Source: Eledone cirrhosa (lineage: Eukaryota). Taken from it: a stretch of DNA of 64,000 nt. The position numbers and the translations under genes were made by a program. The DNA lies in assembly GCA_964016885.1 (NCBI GenBank), contig OZ024747.1, forward strand, positions 25,482,001 to 25,546,000, given 5' to 3'. How positions within the stretch are numbered: position 1 is the stretch's first letter; each line of letters opens with the position of its first letter. The notes under the pieces were generated by a model that worked only from the letters and a program-made list of their open reading frames with translations, was not told the DNA's origin and did not search any database. Below, piece by piece: positions 13,129 through 26,193 of the stretch.

Positions 13129-14860
13129 CATATATATATATACATATATACATATATACATATACATATATATATATATACATATATATATATACATATA
13201 CATATATACATATATATATAGAGAGAGAGAGAAAGAAAGAAGACAAACAATGAATTACAGAGGATGATGGAAAGAGAGCTAGTAGTGAGGAATGTTGCAA
13301 AGAGAATTGGATTAAGATGATTGGGTCATTTGTTGAAGATGGCTAAAGGTAACTGGGAGAGAGGAGTGATGGAAACAAATGAGGGAGGAAGTAGAGGAAG
13401 GGGTGGGGGGCAAGAAAGACAGCCAAGGGGTTGATGAAGTGGAATGCAGCCAATAGGGCAAAATGGAGAAGCTTTTGATGGAGCTCACAATGCTAACCCT
13501 TGTTTTAACAAAGACAATGGTTTTTAAATTTTGTTGTTATCTATAACTGCAGTCTTAATATTCAAAGATTTAATTATTATCCACACAAATAACCTCTCAC
13601 CAAACACATTTCCCACCTAACTCAAGCTCTTTGCTATTGTCTGCCAATTCCACAGTATATACAGAGTTGTATTTAGTGTCATTAATAAATAATCTCTTTA
13701 GACAATATATTGTCTTCTGTTTTAACCTTTTCTCTGACATAGTCGCAGACACCATTATGTAATGGCTACTCCATATGGATTATATTATAAACTGTAAATT
13801 CCTCTGTCAATGAGTCAAACTTTTCCTCAGTGCAAACCTGCTGGCAGTGTTGCACAATAGCTACTGCATATATAAACTATTCATCTGTAAATACTACTGT
13901 CAGTGTAGTAACCCTTTCACAGACCATGATGGCTGACAGCACAGTATATTGGTTACTACATGTAATACTTTCAACTGTAAGTCTGTCAATGTAAATTTTC
14001 AGTGTCATTTTATGTATGCTGACAACCACTGAAATGACTGGTTTTAATGGTGAATAACATCAGTTAAAATGAAATGAAGGCATATAAAATATTCAGATTT
14101 AGCTACAATTTCCTGGTGTCTACTAAACATCTAAGTTCTATAAACCCTTTTATTACTATTTTTCTAATGAAATATACTGTATATTATTTAATTAATGAAG
14201 AATTTGAAGGAATTTACTATAGCTATTATTTAATTATTAAGATGGTTTTTGTAACATAACAAAAGGTTCTCATCTCAAATTTTACCTGAAGGTTTGAATT
14301 TAAATAGGAACCCTTTCAAATGGGTGTTGTTTTATAGAATTAGAGGCAGTTTTGGGCATATTTGTCTGTGAAAGCACATGTCTTAGTGGCTAGATAATTG
14401 GATTTGCAATCATGAGGTATACACACATCTGTTTAGGCAACCTAAGCAACTAATCTGTCAGAAGTTAGATGTGAGTTTGTGTTGGACATCTGTTAGTTCT
14501 GTTTATGAATGCTCTAATTGTTCAAACAATGAACCAACCTGTTCTTAAGATTACCATGTAAGTGACTGAGCATTCCACAATCACGTGCATACTTAATGTG
14601 ATTGTGGAATGCTCAGAGAAATTCAGCATAATATAGAGGCTAGTTCTTTGAATTACAGGTACAACTTATGACAAGTACAGCTGAATGGACTGGATTGATT
14701 AGGAATCAAACTCATGACTTTATGATTGTGAGCTGAACACCCTAATCACTAGGCCATGTGTTTTCACAGGGATTAGTTCTATCTACATAAACACCATATG
14801 GAATAAAAACACAAACAAAAGAAAAGCAGGAAAAATGAATGGATGTCTATAGAAACTTAC

Positions 14861-14974
14861 CATTCCTTCAGGTGTTGGTGCAACTTCTAAGAACTGAAGA
14901 CCAAAGTAGTCTTTCTCAATGAGTTCAAGATGATCGTAGACTTTCTCAAGCAGTGCTTGAGCCTTGCTCCTCTT
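14861..14974 (-). CDS. PTPN4: PTPN4-like coding exon 2 (KRSKAQALLEKVYDHLELIEKDYFGLQFLEVAPTPEGM), FERM N-lobe
   Basis: Not in the ORF track; read manually. Acceptor tttcAG, donor GTAAGT, 114 nt, phase 0/0. Carries the FERM hallmark HLELIEKDYFGLQF. Confidence 0.92.
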
Positions 14975-15218
14975 CTGAAATACGAAAGTAGAATTTCAAG
15001 TTATAAACTGTAAGTTGTAGTGTAAAAGAAAAAGGTAAAATGTTGTGTGTGGGTGATTGTTCATACTTAGGGTAGATAATGGTAAGTAATGGATAATTTA
15101 AGATGAGCTCTGAAAAGACTAGTGTAGAATTTTGAACCCTTTAATACCAAACTGCCTGAAGCTGTCTCCAGTTCTACAGTATAAAGCTTTTCATCATAAT
15201 TTCATGTAAGAACCTTTG

Positions 15219-15419
15219 TTAACCCTTTAGCATTTAAACCAGCCACATCCAGCCAGAATTCTCTCACTTCTTTCTGTTCAAACTGGCTGTAATTGGCCAC
15301 TCATACTGATGTTAAGGTATTGTTCTCAAAATAAATAAAATTAAAATCTCTTAGCTTCAACATTATGTGAGATAAAAACTTTACTGAAAAAATACAATAG
15401 AGTAATGCTAAAGGGTTAA
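15219..15419. mobile_element. piggyBac-like MITE family A nested in a family B copy
   Basis: TTAA TSDs at 15219-15222 and 15416-15419, CCCTTTAGCATT TIRs; interrupts the family B sequence AACCTTTG|TTAA|GTYATG. Confidence 0.8.
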
Positions 15420-18400
15420 GTCATGTCTCAAACACCAGTTCACTAATGAAAAAGTGGGTTATAGTATCAAATTACTGCAAGTTCTTGATTATTTAAAAAT
15501 TTAACTGAAAACCATGGATTGTCTTTCATTAAGAATATGGTAATGAAAGGGTTAATAGACTAAACAAAATTATTAATTATTTCATTGTTAAGATAACACT
15601 TAACATATGGTTCTCATATTAAATCATCTTCAAACATTTTAATTTAAATATGAACCCTTTAAAATGGGTGGCTTTGTTTCATAGAGCCAGAGTTGGCTTT
15701 CGCCTTGTTGATATTAAAGGGATTAAGTAGAGCCAATTGTAGTTAGCCAACAATAATCACTCAAGATAAACAAAATGTGGGATGATAGAATGTGCAGGGA
15801 AATGTAATACTAGGCTAGATAAGATATATTTGGTATATTGGATCTGTGGGTCAATTTGTATTTGTACTTTTGTACAAATACAAATTGACCCACATGATGG
15901 GGTTTCATTGGAGTTTAGAATTTCGCAGGCAGTCTCCAATCACAAGTATACACAATTTGAGATGATTTATGGCAGCACCCCTTGCCATTGTGGGTTATCC
16001 AGCATTTGCTATGTATGTCACCACATTAAGTGCATTATACTATATATAGTTCTATACAGCTTCTAACCTTATGTACTAACTTAATCTGGTACTAGTCATC
16101 CGAACAGGCACGATCAGTAACCCAAGCTGAGCTAAACAGAACATAAACCAAACAGCATAACATACATATAAAATCTGTTTATCTGTATATTATTCACTCT
16201 GTTACCTAAAACTGCAGCAATAGAACTGTCTAATGGTATTCAACAACAACGATCCCAATATGTTTTATATGTTGTAAGGAATTAATAGCTGTTTTATCCT
16301 TGACACAATTATCCCTGTCATAAAAGTGCAGCCACATGATACAATAATTGCTTATTAAAAACATTTGATACTCTGTGTGTGTGTGCAAGGGAGAATATTA
16401 GTCTGTATGTGTGTGTTTGAATGTCAAAGAGCAAATGTAGGAGTGTGTGCATGCATGCCATGCATATTGTGACCAAATACTGAAATAGCATTATTTAACT
16501 CTTAACGTCCTGTACTGCATGAAATCACATTAATAAGATATTCTTGAAAAGTACAAAACAATCTAAGTTTTTACTCTAATACTGCAAATTTTCAGTAGGA
16601 AAAACACTAAAAACATTCGAATTAACAGACCCCATTTTTAGACAATTTTAGGATGTTAAGAATTAAAGTCCCATAATCAACAAAACATGAGTAACATTGG
16701 CCATCAGTCAAACTTCTTTCAATTCTATATGAAATTGATGAGAATCAAACAAGTTAACTCTTTTGATACCAAAGTGCCTCCAGTTTTATGATACAAAATA
16801 CTTTGTTTTAAAGTGTTTATCTATATAAAAAAAACCTTCCATCATAGTTTTATGTAAGAACATTTGTTATGATATGTTCCAAACACCAGCTTAATAATGA
16901 GAAAGTTAGTTATATGACTAAATTTCTCCAAATTTTCAAAATTATTAGAAATATAGTAACACAAAGTTTAATAGAAAACTTCAAGTACTAGAAGTTGGAT
17001 CAGTACTGTAGTAAGACATTGAAGGGCAGATATTATCACTATATTGTTGGATCTCTGTTGGTTCTGATGATTAGTGTGTCAGTAGTAATGAAGAATGGAA
17101 CAGACTGTTTGTGAAATTATGTGCAAGTCACTGAACATTTATGTCACTATCACATGCGCCCTTAATGTAATTCTTAAAGAGATTCCATGTGACACAATGT
17201 GTGACAAAGCTATCCCTTTGAATCACAGGTACAACTCATTTTTTTCTAGCTGAGTGGACTTGAGCAATGTGAAATAAAGTGTCTTGTTTAAGGACACAAC
17301 ACACTGCCAGAATTCAAACTCTTGACTTGATCATCATGAACCAAGCATTATAATCACTAAGCTATACCCCTACACTGTCATCATATAGCAAGTCCTTAAA
17401 ATGAAAAACATATGCAGGATTGAAGAAGTGAAACAGTACAAAAGCAGTTGGGTTGCTTCAAAAGCAATGTTTATTACAGTAAATAGAAATGAAAAGACAA
17501 AATACAACCAGATTAAAGATTATCAATATGGAGAATTTATTGATTAGATACTGTAGTTTCTTTGTGAATGTGGCTACAATGAATGACACAGCTACAATCT
17601 GCTGAATTGTTTTATTATGCGATGATTGTTTGATCATTTTACTTTTTCATTTGTTAGTCCTAGTTATATGAATGGATTGAGATGACTGGATGAGGACAAT
17701 ATTGTTAATATTGAATAAGTATTATTGCAGGTTACTAAGTTTAATGTATAACATAGAGTCAATGAGAACATTTCAAAGGCATATAAGTTTGGGAAGAGGA
17801 AAGTAATTTGATAAATGAGAGGACATGGAATGTAATGAAGTAGAGACACAAAATGTATGTGATTGATCTAGGTTCTGTGAAATGATATATTCAGGTCATC
17901 TAACCTTTTTGTTAATATATTTCTAATGAAAGACGTTACCTATGATTTTCAAATCATTTTGGAAATAATCAAGAATTTGGAGGGGTTTAGTAATACAACT
18001 TTCTTCTTATTAATCTGGTGTTGGGAGGATAACTTAACAGTTTCTACATAGAATTATGAGAGAAGGGTTTTAGATAAATATAAACACTTTAACTCTTTCA
18101 TTACAATATTTCTTTCTAATGAAAGATATTGTCATATATATATATATATATATATTAACTCAGCAAAAACTCTTAAATAAAATTATGGCAGAAGATGTTT
18201 AAATAAATATAAACACTTTAAAACAACCAGTTATGTATCATAGAACGAGGGGCTCTTTCAGGCAGTTTGGCATTAAAAGTGGTTAAACAGAGAAATGGTA
18301 TGCAGTTGATTTAGAGATGCTGCAAGATGTTAGGCTCAAGTCACATAATATGTATTTTATGGTACCTAGTAACTACATGGTTGAGTGGTTGGTGACTAAA

Positions 18401-21400
18401 CTGATTCCCTCACCAGACCCTGGTCTGGAAGGGAGAGTAAATGGAAGCTCAACAGCTCCAAAAAGCAAGCTGTAAAAATGAACTCTTCAAAGGGGGACTG
18501 AACCCCAAACCACGTAGCTGTAAAGTAAACTCCTTAACCACTTAATCATTTTGCCATACCTGTGCTAAATCTATATTTTTTACTTTTGAAATAAAATCCA
18601 TCTATGAAAAACTATTTATGTACTCCAGATTTCCCACGCTAAACAATTGCATATTCTAATGCAAGTTCTGTTTTTATTAAACAATGGAGTAAAAGTCAGT
18701 ACTAATCTTTAAAAGGAGTTCACAACAATGTGATATTATCACCATATTAAATGTTAATGCCTGCACACAGAACAATGCTGCATCAAATAAACTATTTATT
18801 CTCACAAGTATTCACTGTTGATCAATACTAATCATGTGCATAGAAATGAAACTGGAAATCAAGGTCTAAATAGAGAATAAATCTGTTTAACCCTTTCAAT
18901 ACCAAACCCCACTGGAACTGTCTTTGGCTCTGTGATAGAAAACCATTTGTTATAAAGTGTTTATATTTATCTGAAAGCTTTCCATTATAACTTTATGTAA
19001 GAACCTTAAGTTGTATTCTAAACACCCTATAAATTCTTGATCATTTTCAAAACAATATGTAAATCATATGCCGAGTCTTTCAATAGAAATATGGTGATGA
19101 AAGGGTTAAACTTCCTTCCTATTTATTAAGCTAAGGGAATGTTTCCCATCTATTTGTGTACCCACCAAAGCATCTGTATATCTGACAAAATGTCTGTACA
19201 CCAGTGTGTCTTTTATATTCCATCACTGTATTTCCCTCAGTCAGTGAATCAGTCAGTAAGTGCATCAAGCTCTCTCTGTGTATTCAGCCATCTTTAAAAT
19301 CTGAGTATCCACCTTCATCCTCCATGTCACACCATTCTCTATCATACTCTCCTCTCCATTCTCTGTCATACCATTCCTCTTCATTCTAGTTGTTACACAC
19401 CCTCCATCCTCTCTGCCACACTCTCCTCCGATCTTCTCCATCCCTCACCATTCTTCATGTTACACCATCTCCCTCATCCTCTCAGTCACCATCCTCCCTG
19501 CCTCACTATCTCTCCCCATCATCCCTGTCACACCATATCTCTCCATCATCCCTGCCTGGGGACAACACCTCACTTTACCGACCATTCGCTACCATATTTC
19601 TAATGAAAAATTCTATAATAAAAATTCTTTTGAAAGTTAAAAATTTAGAAGAATTTAATAATATAACTTAATTTCTTGTTAATAAACTGGTGTTTGGAAC
19701 AAAGGTTCTTGCAAAGATGGAAGGTGTTTTCAATTTAAACATTTAAAAACAGTTTAATATCATAGAACCAGGGTCATTTCAGGTGGTTTGTTATTAAAAA
19801 GGTTAAGCTGGTAGGGTGTGATTTAAGTGAGACTTAACTGCTACTTCTAGCATGTCAGTTGACCCCCAGACTCTTTCATTAGTTTGTCAGTTGTTTACAT
19901 CATTATTATATGTTTACAACATATTTACAGTTCAATCACACTGGTCACCTTTCTGTTTCAACATAGTGGTTAAGGTGCTGGGTTCATAATTGTAATGTCA
20001 TGGGTTTGTCTCTTGGACCAGATGATGTTTTATGCATTTGAAGAAAACACTTAATTTTCTATTTCTCTAGTTAACTCAGTTGAAAATGGGTAGCAATTTG
20101 GGAAAGTTAACTCTGTGGTGGATTGGCATACTGTCCATGTGGGAGTCTTGTACTCAAAGTCACTTAAAACTAATGAAACCAAGATAAGCTTCAGCTGAAT
20201 GAACCTTTGGGCTTGAGGTAGACTTCAACTTTTTTTAAGGACTACATTAACTATTCAAAAATAGTAGCATGGGAGTAAAGCGAAGTTTATATGCTATTTC
20301 TAGCATGTCAAGTGACACCCACTGGTGTACTTTCAGTCACTTCACATTCATGAAACAGGGATAAGTTCTGGCCTGATGAACATCTGGGTTTAGGACACAT
20401 TTTAACCTTTCTTTTTATGTACCTTATGTTGTTTGTTTCAATAACTTTATTGTTATTATTGTTATTATTCAGCCAGAAAGCAGCCTTTTCCTCTCTGGGG
20501 ACAGCAGCAATATTGATGGTAAAAGAAAGTAGCCTAGTGATTAGGATGTTGGACTCACAATCATAAGATAATGAGTTCGATTCCTGGACGAGGTAACATG
20601 TGTTTTTGAGCAAGATGCTTCCTTTCACATTGCTTTTCATAATAGTACTGGGGCATAGTATCAGTAACCCACCCAAGAAACCTATCAGATACAACCTTTC
20701 AAGAGGCCAGCTAAACCTACATAGGTGTGAGCTGTAACAACATAATATAATTGGAACCCACTACCATTAAAACACTTGAGAAATCTATGACGTGCAATTT
20801 TGTAGGAAGAGAGCTGAACCTACATAGGTGTGAGCTGTAAATTTCACTTATTTTTTTCCCAAGGAGTATTGATAATAGCTAGCAATCCCATCTTCAAAGG
20901 AGTGGAAGATATATATCTTTTGTTTTGAAGCTGAGCAACCCTCTCTTCGTCAATTCGTAACTCCTATGTACAGTGAAGTACTTGTATGTGCGTATGCATG
21001 TGTTCACATACATATCTGTGTGTGTGTTCCCACATGTGTTTGTATGTGTGTGCATTGCATGTTTGTGAATCCTCATGAGTATTTAGGTATGTGTGTGCAC
21101 ACATGCTTTTATGTGTGTCAGTTCAGTGCCTCTGTTTGTATGGGTCTGCACATTTGTTTCTTTGTGTGTGAACAAGTCTATGCTTGTGTGTGTGTGCATG
21201 CATATGTGTTTGAGTGCATGCATGTGTACCTGTGTGTGGGTGCGTTAGTGAGAGTGTATGTGGGTGTGTACACGTGTAACTACATCACTACAAGATCCGA
21301 TTAATTGTAGGAGCGTCTGTCATTTAGCACCTTTACCAGCAGAGGAATGTACTTCCTGCAGTAGGACAGTAGAACAGAAGGACAGTAAGACCCCTATTAT

Positions 21401-23920
21401 TTAAGCCAGCTTCAAAATTCTTCTCTCTTAAGGAGTGGAACAATAGTAAATATGTATCTAGTCATTGTAGTTGTGTGTGTGTGGGTGTGGGTGTGTCTGT
21501 TTGCCTTTGGTGGCTGTGATGGTGGTGGATAAGGTGGTGAATTGGCAGAGTTGTTAGAATGTTTGTTAGAATGCTTTGTGATATTCTTTCCTGCTATCTG
21601 TGTTCTGAAATCAAATCCTGTCATGGTCAGCTTATCTTTTCATCACTTTCAGATTGATAAATAAAATACAAGCCTAGTACTGAGGTCTATTCTTCCTATA
21701 TCTCTCTAAATCACTTTCTCTTGCTCTTTTCCTTTCTCCTTCTCAGGAAGAAACCAGATAGGATCAGGTATTCAAACTTGGAGAGGGATGGGCTGAATCA
21801 GGTTTAGCCCTTTAGTATTTACATCACTCTATATTTACTATTGTATATTGATGGTAAAGTCTTTAACTCACATAATTATCTCACATAATCTCAAGTCTAC
21901 GAGAGTTTGATGATGTTATTGTTTCTTTTAAGAATGATATCTTATCATTGATGTGAGCTGCTGGTTACAGCTGGTTTCAGAATGAGGAAAGAATTCTGTT
22001 TAGATACAGCTGGTTTAAATGCTAAAGAGTTAAAAGACACAGTGTGTCAGGACAGTGTCCCTATGATTCCAACAAGATTTAAGTGCTTTTCCTTTCCTAT
22101 GGTGGAGGTAGTAATAGTGATAGTTAAAATCAAATATGAAGCTGAATCCAATGCTTCTGACTGAAAACCTTTCTTGAAGTGAAAAGGTGCATGGGTGTGA
22201 TATGATGAGAAACCCAAACATGAGGGCTTAGCATTTATGAACTTTATATTATATCATCATTAGTAAGAAAGGGAGAGAAAGGTGACATAAGGATAATGTA
22301 GGGGTTAATGCTTGTGTGCTTGTTAGGTAGTTGATGGGAAATATAGGAATAAGACAGAACATTTAAGAAAGGAAATCCACTAGATATATGGGTCCTCATA
22401 GAGTATATGGGTTGGACAGAACTCCCTAAATATATGTTGTAATAGTGCAATCGAGTAGGAAACTTCCAACTTATGGATGAGAAACAGATGGAGCCCATGG
22501 TCAAGAAACATAGCATCTGAATCCTTAGTTGCTCAACCTGCTAGCAACAGCAGCTAAAAATCTCTAACATCACAAAACCATCTTAACTCTTGATATCAAA
22601 CCTGGGTTTTATCATACTAAGCTGTTTATTTTAAAGTATTTATATCTATCTAAAACCTCTTTATCATAATTTTATGTAAGAACCTTTAAGTTATATGTCA
22701 AACACCAGCTTAATAATGAGGAAATTATATTTTAATTCCCTTCAAATTTTTGATTATTTTCAAAATTATAGACCATGTCTTTCATTAGAAATATGGTGAT
22801 GAAAAGGTTAAGAAAAATGTCAGCATAACCGAACCATTCTATTATTCCAAGTAAAGCCTCTATGAGGACAATCCACTTTTCCACCAAAAAGTAAAATCAC
22901 CAATCAATCATCCATCATTGTACAAGTGGTGCTTTTCACTCATTTCATTCATCATCATGTCTGTGTTCGAAGCTGGCATGGGTTGAATAGGTTATCACAT
23001 TCTGAGACTAGGAGGGTTGGATGTTCCAGTTTGATATGGTTTCTATGGTTAAATGCCCTTAATAATGCTAACCACTTTGTAGAGTGTACTGGGTGCTTTT
23101 TATTTTGGCACTAGCCTGGCCCAACCACTTTACAGAGTGGGCTGGGTGCATTTTATTGTGACATTGATTATCACTTAACAGGGTGTACTGGATGCATTTT
23201 TATTATGGCACCAGCACTACCACTTTACAGGGTGCACAGGTTTAATTCTGATAAGGTGATTATTATTATTATTATTATTAATGAATGTAAATATCTAACA
23301 ATGTGGTAATTGTTCCAACTCATTGTTCAAATCCTGCTGAGGTTAATATTACTATTCCATCCTTTTGAGATCAATAAAGTACCAGTTCAATACTGGAGTC
23401 GATTCCCCTTATATCTGTCCTCACTATCTCCATATCTCTGTAAGGAATTGACTGTGTTCCAATGAGGTTTAAATGCCCAAGACATGCTGTATATCACCAT
23501 GCTACCTCTACAACTATCAAGAGTTAAGGGATTATGGACGGATGGATGGGCATTAGTAGTATCATGAACTAGAGGGCCCATGAATGGATGAGCAATAGTA
23601 GTAATATCGTGAGCTAGGATCCCATGAATGGATGAGCAATAGTAGTAGTAGTAGTATCAGGAGTTAGGAGTTCATTGATAGATTGACAGTAGTAGTTTCA
23701 GGGATTAGGGGTTCATTGATAGATGGACAATAGTAATTTCAGGAGTTAGGAGTCCATTGATAGACAGTAGTAGTAGTAGAGCTAGTCCTCTCACACACTT
23801 CAAATACCCCGTCTGTGGGATGGGCCAAAAAAATGTTACCTTCAGCTACCCTTAACATTACTTTACAATAATAAATGTTTTTAAAATGTAGTACAGTGTT
23901 ATTAAAGAGGTAAAGTGTGA

Positions 23921-23969
<49 letters not shown>

Positions 23970-24101
23970 TGTAATAAACAACATAAGGCAATTATTTCAT
24001 TTACCAGTGGTTTCTTGAAAGCAAACAAATTTTGCTTTCAATCATCAGAATGAAAAAATCCTGGTGTATTTATTGACATTGGATTTTAAAAACCTATATA
24101 T

Positions 24102-24138
<37 letters not shown>

Positions 24139-24179
24139 CATGTGTGTGGGAAGGTGTGTTAGTAGCTACTCATTGTAGT

Positions 24180-24390
24180 CTAGCCTAGTAGTGATGGTGG
24201 TGGTAGTAGTTATAGTGGTGGTGGTAGTAGTGATAGTAGTGGTGGTGGTGGTGGTGGTAGTAGTAGTGACAGTAGTAATTGTGGTGGTAGTAACAGCAGT
24301 GGTGGTGGTAGTGATAGTAGTGGTGGTGGTAATAGTGGTTGCGGTAGTGGTAGTAGTAATTGTGGTGGTGGTGGTGGTGGTGGTGGTAGA
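24180..24390. repeat. Compound (GTG)/(GTA) trinucleotide tract
   Basis: Direct reading. Confidence 0.93.
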
Positions 24391-25936
24391 TTCTTTTTCT
24401 TCCTTTTAGGTCAGCCCATTTACACAATATATTAACTTCATTTATGATTGGAGAGCTGAAACCACACCAAATGTTCTGAGAAAGAATGCATCTGTGTGTG
24501 TATGTGTGTGTTTCTGTGTGCACATGTTTGTGTATGTATATATGGGTGAGTGCCTGTACATAGGTGTGTATGTGTGAGAAAGAATGTATGCAAATATATA
24601 TATATATATAGATATGTGTATCCCGGGTTCAATCGGGGGTAACCACAGTAAGTAAGGTACTCATAGCAGAGTATAAATATTAAATATAGAAAGCCCTTTC
24701 CTGATGAATTCTTTCGAATGAAAGAGTTCTAGTCCTGTAGAAGCCATTTCTACAATAATTTCTATACTTTTCATTTATATATATATAGATAAGAGAACGT
24801 ATATGTATGTAAAACTATGTACAAGAGAATGTGTATATAAGAGGAAGTTTGTATGAGAGAATGCAGAAGAGAACACAATACAAACATTTTAAGGCCATTT
24901 TCCCTACTAATGCTGAGGTTAACTTGCAGGGATCTCATGGTAGGTTTTTGAACTCATCATAGTTCCTTGTATTTTACAGCTGGGTGCCCTTCCTGTCACT
25001 AACCCCATTTAGTTGCCTGTTATGACACTGTACCTATTCTGAAACTAGGATGAACACAAATCATATATAAATACAACCAGGGACAGATTAAGCTTGCATG
25101 GGACCCCTGGCTGAAAATTTCATTGGGCCACTTGTGTAGCCCTTTAAATATTGTGGAGCTCTTGGCTGCATCCCTTCTTAATCTGCTACTTGATACATCC
25201 TAGAAAATTACATGACTTTATTATGTCTGTCCTTCATACAGAAAGAAAACAACCTTACAGCAGCTGTACCCTATGTGAACCATGCATGTTTTAAAATGAC
25301 TGTTTTCCATAATAATAGATGGAGATTTTCGAAAATTCATTAATTTGCATATTACTGAAGTGAGTGTTGTAATTATAGATAAGCATGTGGATGATGATCA
25401 CTGGGAGAAGGAATGTTTAGAAATCCTAGTGGAAGGAAGCCACAGTAAAGGAATATAAAGGAAAACCCGAGGAGAGCTGATCTGAAATCACTGAAGTCCA
25501 CAGAAAAGATGGCGAAAGAAAACAATGAGCGAAGAGATGTGTTGAAAAAAACTCATTCAATATGTGTGTATATAAATATATATATAATACTTTGGGAGGG
25601 TCATGCTGTCAATAAAAACACACCCAGCAGTTGATTTTCACTTTGGTTTTATCATTAGTCAGGTAACTAATCCAAGATGAAGTAAATATAACAAAATCAA
25701 AATGAAGAGGAGACTCAGAATAGTCATTGCAGAATGTGATAAAAAAAGCTTTGACAATTAAATAACCATCTGGTTACTAAACTAGTCGAGGAATGGATTA
25801 GTTACCTGACTAATAATAAACTGAAGTGAAACTCAACTAGTGCATGTATTTTTATTGGCAGCATGACACTTTCAAAATATAACAATATGTGATTCAACAC
25901 ACTATTTCACATCAAGAATCTTGCAAAACAAATACA

Positions 25937-25971
<35 letters not shown>

Positions 25972-26061
25972 TATATATATACACACACACACATATATAT
26001 ATACACACACACATATATATATATACACACACACATATATATATATATATATAAAACTCAC

Positions 26062-26193
26062 ATCAATCTCGAAATATTCCTCGGTATCGTCAAGAAAGTG
26101 TACCAAACATGTAATGGTCTTCAGTTGCCGATCATGGGCCATTTCGGATGCCCGCACATTGTAACTGCCGCTGGACACCAGCTTAATGGACAT
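26062..26193 (-). CDS. PTPN4: PTPN3/PTPN4 (PTP-MEG)-like FERM-domain tyrosine phosphatase, first visible coding exon (MSIKLVSSGSYNVRASEMAHDRQLKTITCLVHFLDDTEEYFEID)
   Basis: YNVRASE-x-A-x-DRQ matches the PTPN4 N-terminus as I recall it (TYNVRASELARDRQ). 132 nt = 44 codons, ending at donor GTGAGT (phase 0). A pyrimidine tract plus acceptor ttccAG lies at 26206-26205, 11 nt upstream of the ATG. Confidence 0.9.

Noticed and set aside
24010-24055. Minus-strand CTGATGA-TT-GAAA followed by an 11-bp hairpin as a hammerhead
   Set aside because: No stem II and no stem I complement after the candidate cleavage site.
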